The notes beneath the pieces were generated by a model that did no database searches, was not told the DNA's origin, and saw only the letters and a list, made by a program, of their open reading frames with translations. A stretch of DNA of 64,000 nucleotides, taken from assembly GCA_029559035.1 (NCBI GenBank), contig JAKQCT010000014.1, forward strand, positions 11,520-75,519, read 5' to 3'. Of the stretch, positions 19,501-27,700 are shown one piece after another (the stretch's first letter is position 1; each line of letters starts with the position of its first letter). The DNA comes from Acidobacteriota bacterium (GTDB lineage: Bacteria > Acidobacteriota > UBA4820). The translations under genes were made by a program, and so were the position numbers.

Positions 19501-20760
19501 CTCGATTCGGGAGTACCCCTTGCGATGACCGGCAAGATGGGAAAAGCGATGGACCATTTCCAGCGGGCGGAGAACCTGGCGGCGAAGATCGGGGATTTTC
19601 CATCCCTCGTTTACGCCCTGATGAACAGGGGACTGGTCGAGTATTTCAAGGGAAAGCTGGAGGGCGCGAAAAGCCTCCTGCTGAAAGCAAGGGAGGTCGC
19701 GAAAGAGCACGACCTCAAATCATACCTCGCACTCATAACCGTCAACCTGGCACAGGTGCATTTCGAGATGGGAGAGTATGAAAAGGCTCTTGCGATCTGC
19801 AGGGAGGCGGTGGAGGTTTCCAGGCAGTTCGGCTACAGGAACCACCTGGTCCTCGCCATGGCGAACCAGGCTTTGTACGAAACGATGCTCTGTGAGTGGG
19901 ATGACGCCGGCAGGTCCGTCGAGAAAGCGCTTACTCTCGCGAGGCATTACGAAATGGCGTATCCCATGGCGATCAACCTTCACACCAAGTCCCTGATACT
20001 CTTCGGCGAGGGATGCTTCACCGAGGCCGTCAAGATGCAGCTGTCGGCTCTCGATATCTACATGGCGAACAATCAGACGAGCGAAGCTCTCGGCTGCCTG
20101 AGCGAAATAGCTTTCATTTCAAATTTCCTGAGGATGCCTGAACTGATAAACACTACGCTGGAAAAATTCATCCCGGGGCTGCAGAGCGAGTTGCAGAACG
20201 TTACCAGGACTTGGACGATTGGGTTCACCGCGCACCAGGCTTTCCATAAATATATAACCGGGGAGGCGGACCTTTACGACTCAGTGGAAAGCATGGAGAA
20301 CATACTGGAAAGAGCGAGGGAAAGCGGCATCCTCTGGCTCGTCGCGGATGTCGGGAAGGTCCTCATAAATCTCCATCAATCGGATGGGAACCATGCGAAG
20401 GCCGCCGAGACCGGCATGGATCTTTTCCCGCTCCTTTCGACACATTTCTGTCCGCTGATCCTGCCCCGGTTCATGATCTCGCTTGCCGAGTCGCTTCTCG
20501 AAACCGACGGGAGGGAAGACCTTTCCTCGGTACTTGACAGCCTCAAGACCTACGATAAATACCTGGAAAAAGGCCCCTTCGGCCTTGAATACTGCCTGCT
20601 CAGGAAAAAGCTGGCCGAGAAGGATGGTGAAGATCCCGCCCCGTTCACTGAAAGAGGCCGGAGACTGGCGCGGCTGATGATCGAATCGGAAATGGATGAA
20701 GAGGTGAGAGAAGCGCTGATGAAGCTTCCCGCCTTCGCCAAATTCGGCGCGGGAACATAA
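16591..20760 (+). CDS. Multidomain signalling protein with tandem class-III adenylate/guanylate cyclase (CHD) domains, a P-loop NTPase (AAA/NB-ARC-like) and a TPR/MalT-like repeat region
   Basis: CHD1 starts at VLFADLAGFTRLTD...FGGDAMTIF. CHD2 starts at TVLFLSFKATDY and includes YTVMGNGINLAARLM. The Walker A motif is VTGAAGVGKS. The C-terminal region of about 700 aa is helical repeats. Confidence 0.8.
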   Translation: MDLRNSLAAFVPRTVWPLVGGAGNGSRKSGSVLFADLAGFTRLTDSLASIGKEGAEELTRILNEFFSSMIKIVHEDGGDVLRFGGDAMTIFIPSGPGEALKTALRLQAETAKYGAVETRAGVFALGMKIGVSCGDTVFSIVGDGSVGFDYFAAGSALDLSAECEHRAGQGNIVVCPRASEQVDFKGLRTVALEGGFTLVEGPEKEAPLENGPARSEELRPPSEQALSEFLPFYIKDKLETIESLLVGEHRRTTVLFLSFKATDYEHDPSAVETARVVYREAARLVKKYGGFINKIDMGDKGSKVLAIFGSPLAVERQEEMGCRCALDIVSSPELSGINENIRIGLTVSSVFSAYVGCPERREYTVMGNGINLAARLMAACAPGSVLASEEVYEKASSAIEFDVLPPINVKGKTEKVAVFAPTRKTRGASEASGCFVGRKKELSEALEALRTGSSSPGIAVTGAAGVGKSLFLYSLKDRLHEEGLECIVTNLASYDRDKYMGAWRGIILHCLGAGDGGSAPVRVDAILSQMNEEDREYLPLFNDILNIEVPENASTKALSSKDRKDVFFAIISRLILRNTADAPHRIFIDHMDYADPSSVEFLGEIATDLKGTQLKIAFTLRDSASQLLKDAAEGFGTLQLGPFSEEEVRSFLLDVAGFAPPTETFVSFLLKKTGGNPKFLEEVLQIMTREQLAFKGPSSLLEVDEDHLSSASFPDTLQGLFLSRVESLPETERQILKTASILGPSFSIHSLSSILEKPAVDVADEISAMESSGLIKMDTWGERPYASFTDNLLRDAIYDSLNFQIRREMHRKVAESLESLGSEEPRINPVLARHFEFAGEEEKALGYLWKSAEFSRSFYDNRSAFDFLGRFVAISEKRGKTPSADRQFLDALMYYADVQQELGRIQEADLLYKRILDEIKEVSQDTVKATSRLADNKRRTGAVKESLELFDKALDGAKQLKDEALQCRIFLDSGVPLAMTGKMGKAMDHFQRAENLAAKIGDFPSLVYALMNRGLVEYFKGKLEGAKSLLLKAREVAKEHDLKSYLALITVNLAQVHFEMGEYEKALAICREAVEVSRQFGYRNHLVLAMANQALYETMLCEWDDAGRSVEKALTLARHYEMAYPMAINLHTKSLILFGEGCFTEAVKMQLSALDIYMANNQTSEALGCLSEIAFISNFLRMPELINTTLEKFIPGLQSELQNVTRTWTIGFTAHQAFHKYITGEADLYDSVESMENILERARESGILWLVADVGKVLINLHQSDGNHAKAAETGMDLFPLLSTHFCPLILPRFMISLAESLLETDGREDLSSVLDSLKTYDKYLEKGPFGLEYCLLRKKLAEKDGEDPAPFTERGRRLARLMIESEMDEEVREALMKLPAFAKFGAGT

Positions 20761-20781
20761 CATAACGGGCCTGCGGCGCTG

Positions 20782-20812
20782 AAAAAAAAAGGCGGGGGCA
20801 TGCTCCCCCGCC
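20782..20812 (-). terminator. Rho-independent terminator for giant gene B. On the minus strand the hairpin GGCGGGGG-CATG-CCCCCGCC is followed by U9.
   Basis: An A9 run at 20782-20790 and a perfect GC-rich inverted repeat at 20791-20812 lie 24 nt downstream of the stop at 20836. This could also act weakly for the convergent plus-strand cyclase gene. Confidence 0.7.
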
Positions 20813-20835
20813 CGTATATCGCAGAAAAATCCGGG

Positions 20836-23800
20836 TCACCATTTCCAGACAGTGCTCTGGCTCCCTCCGTCGGGATTGACGATGTTCAGAGTGACCGGCA
20901 TACCCTTCGGAACTTTCGCCTTGAGGGCCGGCCCGCCTTTTATGACGATCCTTCCGCTGTTCTTCCACCTGACATTGGTCCACGGGTCGCCGTTTATATA
21001 GACCGACACGCCCGGCTGGAGGTTGGCGCCTGAAACGACGAACCTGAAGGGGTCTCCCTTTTTGGAGACCGATGTTATCACTGGAGCCCTGACGACCGAC
21101 ACGACGGACTGCGCGCTCGTCTCCTTTCCGGAGCTGTCGACGGCGGTTGCAGAAACCACATGAGTCCCAAGCCCGGAAGCTCCGCTGTTCCACGACCATA
21201 TGAAGGGGAAAGCGGAGACCGTCGCCTGATGGGCGCCGTCGAGGGCGAACGAAACCGATTCGATCTTCACGTCGTCGACTGCGTTGGCCGTGACGTTGAC
21301 CGTTCCGCTGACGACCGAACCGTCCGAAGGCGATTCGAAAGAAACCATCGGAGGCGTGTCCGCGGCGACAAGCAGCACGTCTTTCAAAATCCCGCTCCTC
21401 CCGTCGGGGTTGATAATCTTCACATCACGGAAACCGGGGGCGCTTGAACCTGAAACGCTTATCGTAGCGAAGAAAACCCTGTTGTCATAACGCTGTGATC
21501 CGACGACGGAAATGGATTGGTCGAAAACCAGCGTCGCTCCTTCATCGAAATTCTTCCCGGTGATGGCGATGTTCACCGCTGTCCCGACAGTTACTTTCGA
21601 GGGGGCAATGTTTGATATGACTGGGGAAAGGGGAGCAGAGGAACAGTCGAACGTGCCGGCCTGGTAAAGCCCTGTCGAGATCTCTTCGTTCCATACGTCC
21701 AGAGGCCGGAGATCGTCGCCGTCCAGGATCTTGAGGCCCGAGACCATGAATTTGCCGCTGAACTGCCCGCAATGAACTCCCCCGAGGTCGAAGGGCAGGT
21801 CGAAGGATTTCGTTCCCTGAGAATCCGCTTCCAGGCTGGCAGATGAATGCGACACGAAGTTGCCTCTTGAGTCGTAGAGGTCGGCCGCGACCGTGTGGTA
21901 CCCGGCCGAGGGAAGGGCCGCTGAACAGGAGAATACGATCGAGTCGTATTTGCCGTCGCCATCGGAATCCGACGGGAAGTCTGCGAAGGCTCCGGTGAAA
22001 AGCCTGGAGGTTCCCAGTACGTTCATCGTTTCGAACTCGACCCGTGTGAATCCCGCGCCGTTGAAGGTACCCGTCGCCTGGATGAAAACTTCGTAGGACC
22101 CCTGGGCGTCTGGAGCGGAAAGAAGCCCGCTGAAGAAGCCACCTTTTTCATCAAGAGCGACCGTCCTGAGCAGCGTTCCATTCTTGTCGTAAAGAAACGC
22201 CTGGACGGACTGGGGAGTTACAAGGCTCCAGTCCCCCTTCTTGTCGACTCTCACAATCGTGGTTTCCCCGGGAAGAAGGTTCTGGCTGGTAAGGTAGCCG
22301 GAGATCCCGAAGATCGAGTTGTCTATCACGACGGCGCTGAACGAAACTCCCGAAGGGCCTGGAAGGACTTTCAGCGAACAATTTCCCGGCGCGGGAGCGG
22401 CTTTGACGAAGAGGCCGTCCCGAATGAGGCTTTCCGCACCCGCAGGATCGACGAAACTGAATTCGGCGGAGCCCTGCGTCAGGTTTATCACTATGGCGAT
22501 CCCGTCGCATTTGGAAACGGTGAAGGGGTAACTCATCTCGCTTCTCGCAAGGAGAGAACCAGCGTTGGTCGTCATCGCCGTGGATGTGTGGCCGACGGTG
22601 CCCCATCCCACTCCTCCCACGGGAGCTTCCGGGCGGCGCGCCTCGATCTTGCCCTCCCCGGACAAAAGGCCGAAAATGTCTTCGGCCGATCCCGGGCTGC
22701 CAAGCTCCCAATGATCGTAGTTGAAGAGATGGCCCGGACCGCTGTCGAGAGTCAAGGCAGGATAAATGACGCAATCCTCGCCGAGGCATGCTATCCTTCT
22801 GACGCTGAAGACCGATCCCGTCGAAACAACTCCGTCGTTGTTGTCCGTGTTCCACCATCCACCGGTACCTGCAACCGCGTGAACGTCCAACGCTCCGAAA
22901 TCGGGGTAGACCTCGTTGAAGTACCTTATTATCGAATTAGGCCCCAGGAGAGAGCTTCTTCCGAGCCTCGCGTTGTAATCTGCGCCGCTGTTGGGAACTC
23001 CGAGAAGATACGCCTTTTCCATCTTGCGCACGACCGGGTCTCCGGAATGCGGCCCGCTTCCGAGCGCCCTCGCGACGAGCCCTCCCATGTCGTGGGTGAC
23101 GAGGATATAGGGAGGCATGCCTGAAGCGCATAGCGACGACATGTCCTGGCTGACCTGGTCCAGGACCTCCGAGACCCTTAGGCTCCAGGAGCCGCTCCAC
23201 CAGTTGTAATTGGGGGTGAAGGAGATCCTTCCCAGGGACCTCGCGTAATTGTCGAAATGCCTGTAATAGTCGGCGTCGGAGCCGTCCGAAGCGTACCATT
23301 TGGAGTAGCAGTCGAAAATTCCGTGAAGCATTACCATGGGAGGAGGGAGAGTCAGATCCGCAGCGTTGTGCGTGTCGCACTTGACGGCCGCCGTCCGGGG
23401 CGGGATTGTCAATGTCTTCACGATCCGCTTTTGCGAGGGAGCGGCACATCCATATGAAAGCAGTTCGGCGTCGTAAAGTATGTGGTCCGTGTAATTGATG
23501 ATCGCGGATAGTGAGTAGTTCCCCGCAGGGATCGTTCCGAAAGAGTAGCTTCCGTTGACAAGATCCGTCGTGTATACGCTGCCTGAAGCTCCCGAAGCCG
23601 TGACAATGCCCGTTACTCCATCGCCGTTGAGATGGCAAAGAGCCCCGGATTCTTCGTCCCTGATCCCCGCGCGCCCGGATAGCGTTCCGTTCCCCGTAAG
23701 GCAGTCGACGCTCACGGCGTATACCATTTCGCCACTGCACCGGTTCGCGTCGACCGCAGAGACGTAAAAGGTGAACTTGCCCGGTTCTTCCGGCGTCCCG

Positions 23801-24639
23801 GCGAGAATCCCTCCGCTGCTGAAAGAAAGGCCAGGAGGAAGATCTCCCCTTGTCAAGGAATAGGCGTAGGGGGGATACCCTCCGGTGGCTGTTATCCTCT
23901 GAGAATAAGGCTCTCCGAGGACCGCGTCGGGAAGGTCGGACGGTTCTAACATTATCACGGGGCACTGCCGCCTGACCGTGAGCAGTACCTCCGTTCCGTT
24001 GGAGCAGGGGTAAGGGGAGGAAGAATCTTCCACATACACGTAAACCTGCCATTCGCCTTCTTCCGTGGGAGTGCCGGAGACCACGCCCGATGAAGTCATC
24101 GAGATCCCGGGAGGCCAGCCCCATGAAGGCTCGAGGGGAAGTGAATCGAAGAAAGAATAAGGAGGAGTGCCTCCGCTTGCCGAAAAGGATTGATGGTAAT
24201 ATGATCCGACATAGGCGTCGGGAAGGGATTCGGGGGCTATCATCAGAGAAGAACACGGGTCCTCGATCGTGAGCGTGTAGTTCCTGGAGCCCGTGGTGTA
24301 GCAGTAATAGTCGAAAGCGGAAACCTCGAAATTGTATGTCCCCCCGGAATATGGAGTTCCCGATAGGAGCCCGCTGTAGCTGTCCAGGCTGAAACCGTAC
24401 GGTAGGGAGCCGGAAGAGACGGAGAAGGAGTAGCTTCCCATGCCGCCCGTCGCTGAAATGGTCGCATTGTAAGGGACATAAACCTCTCCGTTCGGAAGAG
24501 AAGAGGGAGATACGACTATCGGATCGGCACATGACTGGGCGAAAGCGTGCCCGCAGGCCGCGAGGCATAGAACAAAGACGATCGCCGAGACGATGCACGC
24601 TTCAGGACGCTTTTCTTCAACAAACAGTTTTTCTTTCAT
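20836..24639 (-). CDS. Giant secreted multidomain protein B (about 1267 aa): signal peptide, three Cys-bounded He_PIG-like putative Ig repeats, Lipase_2-like alpha/beta-hydrolase core with Asp at the nucleophile elbow, Ig-like and IPT-like domains, and a conserved IPT-like C-terminal module
   Basis: The internal ATG at 24639, with a GGAGG RBS, gives MKEKLFVEEKRPEACIVSAIVFVLCLAACGHAFA as a signal peptide. The 44 aa upstream in the track ORF are non-protein-like. The protein is paralogous to gene A across the hydrolase and C-terminal regions. Confidence 0.8.
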   Translation of the reverse strand: MKEKLFVEEKRPEACIVSAIVFVLCLAACGHAFAQSCADPIVVSPSSLPNGEVYVPYNATISATGGMGSYSFSVSSGSLPYGFSLDSYSGLLSGTPYSGGTYNFEVSAFDYYCYTTGSRNYTLTIEDPCSSLMIAPESLPDAYVGSYYHQSFSASGGTPPYSFFDSLPLEPSWGWPPGISMTSSGVVSGTPTEEGEWQVYVYVEDSSSPYPCSNGTEVLLTVRRQCPVIMLEPSDLPDAVLGEPYSQRITATGGYPPYAYSLTRGDLPPGLSFSSGGILAGTPEEPGKFTFYVSAVDANRCSGEMVYAVSVDCLTGNGTLSGRAGIRDEESGALCHLNGDGVTGIVTASGASGSVYTTDLVNGSYSFGTIPAGNYSLSAIINYTDHILYDAELLSYGCAAPSQKRIVKTLTIPPRTAAVKCDTHNAADLTLPPPMVMLHGIFDCYSKWYASDGSDADYYRHFDNYARSLGRISFTPNYNWWSGSWSLRVSEVLDQVSQDMSSLCASGMPPYILVTHDMGGLVARALGSGPHSGDPVVRKMEKAYLLGVPNSGADYNARLGRSSLLGPNSIIRYFNEVYPDFGALDVHAVAGTGGWWNTDNNDGVVSTGSVFSVRRIACLGEDCVIYPALTLDSGPGHLFNYDHWELGSPGSAEDIFGLLSGEGKIEARRPEAPVGGVGWGTVGHTSTAMTTNAGSLLARSEMSYPFTVSKCDGIAIVINLTQGSAEFSFVDPAGAESLIRDGLFVKAAPAPGNCSLKVLPGPSGVSFSAVVIDNSIFGISGYLTSQNLLPGETTIVRVDKKGDWSLVTPQSVQAFLYDKNGTLLRTVALDEKGGFFSGLLSAPDAQGSYEVFIQATGTFNGAGFTRVEFETMNVLGTSRLFTGAFADFPSDSDGDGKYDSIVFSCSAALPSAGYHTVAADLYDSRGNFVSHSSASLEADSQGTKSFDLPFDLGGVHCGQFSGKFMVSGLKILDGDDLRPLDVWNEEISTGLYQAGTFDCSSAPLSPVISNIAPSKVTVGTAVNIAITGKNFDEGATLVFDQSISVVGSQRYDNRVFFATISVSGSSAPGFRDVKIINPDGRSGILKDVLLVAADTPPMVSFESPSDGSVVSGTVNVTANAVDDVKIESVSFALDGAHQATVSAFPFIWSWNSGASGLGTHVVSATAVDSSGKETSAQSVVSVVRAPVITSVSKKGDPFRFVVSGANLQPGVSVYINGDPWTNVRWKNSGRIVIKGGPALKAKVPKGMPVTLNIVNPDGGSQSTVWKW

Positions 24640-24723
24640 TTCCGCCTCCCGCAAAAGGGTTCTTGCTGAAACTAAGCTAGCACCGCGGCTGATATCTGTC
24701 AATAGCGAAAACGCTGAAGCGGT

Positions 24724-24756
24724 AAAAAAAGGCGGGGACCTCAGGTCCCCGCCTTT
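24724..24756 (-). terminator. Rho-independent terminator for giant gene A. On the minus strand the hairpin GGCGGGGACC-TGA-GGTCCCCGCC is followed by U7.
   Basis: An A7 run at 24724-24730 and an inverted repeat at 24731-24753 lie 23 nt downstream of the stop at 24776. This terminator separates the two paralogues into distinct transcription units. Confidence 0.7.
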
Positions 24757-24775
24757 CGAACCGAATGTCAAACGG

Positions 24776-27700
24776 CTACCATTGCCATACCAGGACCTGT
24801 TGACCTCCGTCGTCGTTGACGAACGTGAAAGTAGTGGGGGTTCCTTTTGGCACCTTTGATTTCAGGAGGCTGCCCCCCTTTATGACTATCTTCCCGCTGC
24901 TCTTCCACGCGACGTTGGTCCACATCTCGCCGTTGATGTAAACCGTTATGTCCTCCTGGAGGTTGCTTCCGAGCGTGACGATGCGGAAGGGGCTTCCCTT
25001 CTTGCTCATCATTGAAACCACGGGCGGCTGGACTACGCTCACCACGGCTTGGGTCGAGGCCTGGTGACCGGCGGAATCGGTCGCCGTCGCCTTTACCGTA
25101 TGAGTGCCCACGGCCGAAGCCGAAGTGTCCCAGTACCAGATGAACGGGAAAGAAGCCGCTACTTTCTGCAGAGCCCCGTCGAGCTCGAAGGAGACGGAAG
25201 CGACCTTGACATCGTCCGAAGCGTTCGCGATTATGTCAAGGTACCCACCGACCACGGAGCCGTTCTCCAGGCCGTCGAAACTTACCTCGGGCGCGGAATC
25301 CTCTTCGGAAACGAGCACCTCGTGCAATACGCCGTCGCTGCCGTCGGGATTCGTCACCCTGACGTTCACGTGGCCGACAGCCGAAGCCGGTATGGATATG
25401 GTCGAATATATGACGCGGTTCTCAAAATTTTCCTTGTGGAGGACGCTTATCAGTTTGCCGACCCCGGCGTCGAAGGTGACGATGGCGTTCTCGTCGAAGT
25501 TCCTGCCCACGATGGCCATGTTAGGTGTCGTTCCGGCGACGACACTGGAGGGAGTCACGTATAAAACCTGAGGCGCGGGCTCCGATGGATCGCAGCAGAA
25601 TTGCGAAGAAGAATAGCTCTGTGTCGAGACCTCCTGCCCCCACACATCCACGGCGCGAAGCGAATCGGCGTCAAGCACCCTTAGGCCCCCAACCTGAAGA
25701 GGAGAGGAGAGCTGGCTGCATTTCAGGTCTTTCAGGTCGAAGAGGAGAAGCGCCTGGCTGGAAGCCCTGCCTGCGGAAATGGAGGCCGTCGAATGCGAGA
25801 GGAAATTGCCGGACGAATCGAAGAGGTCCGCGGATACCACGAAATAGCCCTGCCCGCTGATCAGAACATCTGCGGAGAAGGCTAAACCGTCGTACTTGCC
25901 GTCGCCGTTGCCGTCCACCGGGGAGTCTGAGAACGTCCCCGTGAAATAGTGGGATGAGGGAAGCACGTTGAGCGTCTCGAACTCCACCCGCGTGAAAGGA
26001 TCTCCTCCGTATGTCCCTTCAGCTTTGACCACGATCTGATACGTGCCGGGGGACGAGGGGGCACCGAACTCGTGACTGAAATATCCGCCGTTGTCAGCGA
26101 GGTCTAAGGACTGGACGAGGTTGCCCGAGCCGTCGTACATGAAAGCTTTAACAGTGGAGGGCATTACAGCCGACCAGTCGCCGTCGCGGTCAGCCCTGAG
26201 GGTCGTCTTCACTCCTTCGCCGACGTATTCGCCGGTAAGATAAGCCTTTATCCCGAATATGCTGTTGTCAACGGCGGAGGCGTCGAAAGTCATCCCGGAC
26301 GCCCCGGGGTTCGCTCTCAGGATCCAGGTCCCCGGTTCGGGTGCGGGCTTTATGAAAGCGTTGTTGTCAAGATCGTGCTGGAACCCTGAGGGATCTATAA
26401 TCTTGAAACTACCCGATCCCGATGTCACGGTGACGAAAACCGCCATCCCGTCGCAGTTCGATACGGTGAAGGGGTAATCCTGGGAGGCTTCGCTTCTCAG
26501 GGAGGCAGAACCGGTCCCCATCGTCGCGGAGGACCTTCCCACCGTTCCCCATCCGACTCCGCCGACCGGCGCTTCAGGAATGCCTTTTTCATCCATCCGC
26601 CAGCGCGACCTTCCTGTCAGCAGGATGACATTCTCGAAGATCTCCTCCACGGATTCGGGAGAACCTAGCTCGTTGTGCCTGAAGCGGAAAACATGCTCGG
26701 CGCCGCTGTCAAGGCTCAGCGCGGGATAAGCGACGCAGTCTCCTCCCTTGCAAGCCACCCTGGTGATCGTGAAGGCCGAGCGGAGGGAGACCTTTCCGTC
26801 GTTGTTGTCCGTTCCCCACCAGCCCCTGTTACCGGCTATCGCGTACACGTCAAGGTTCCCGAAGTCGGGGTACGCGTCGTTGAAGTACCTGATTATGGAG
26901 TTGGGTCCCAGGAGGCCGTCCTTTCCCGAACGGGGATTGAAGTCGAAGCCGCTGTTGGGAGTTCCTATTATAAAGGCAGTCCTTATCTGCCTGACCGCCG
27001 GATCGTCCGAATAGATTGGGCTTCCAAGTATCCTGGCTATCAGGCCGCCCATGTCGTGCGCGACCAGGGTGAAGGGAGGGACTCCCTGATTGGTGAGCGA
27101 TGCCATGTCCCTATGAACCTGGTCAAGCACTTCCTCTGTCCTGGTGATCCATGAGCCGGCGTCTCCCCACCATTCGTAGTTGGGGGTGAAGGAAATTACG
27201 CCCTGCCTCCTGGCGTAGTTATCCCAGTAACTGTAAAAATCAGGGTCGGCGGGATCTCCTCCGTACCATTTTTCGTAACATCCGAACATACCATGGAGCA
27301 TGACGATCGGTTTCTCGAAGTCGACCATGGCCGAATTGTCTTCGTTGCAGGCCACATCCACGTACAGGGGGGGGGAAGAGACGCTCTTCACGATAACGCC
27401 GTTCAGCGGTGAGGGGCACCCCAATGCGAGGAGGCTGGCGTCATAGGGTATGTGGTCGGTGTAGCGGATCGTCGCCACGAGGCTGCATGGTCCGTATGGC
27501 AATTCTCCGAAATCGAAATACCCTCCCGATATGTCGGCGACATGAGTTCCGCCTTTCGAGTCGGTCGCGGTCACCGTTCCTGACACTCCCGGACCGTCGA
27601 GAATGTAATATTCCTCTCCCTCTTCGTCGGAAACTGTTATGAATCCGTCCAGAGCTCCTGTCGTCCCGTCGCATCCCACAGCTAAAGAGTATGTCCTGCT

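Noticed and set aside
22937-24598. A 553-aa minus-strand ORF in an alternate frame within giant gene B (and 22151..22858 and 28728..29333 within A/B)
   Set aside because: They are Arg/Gly-rich and same-strand, shifted from a long protein-like frame that carries recognisable domain motifs.
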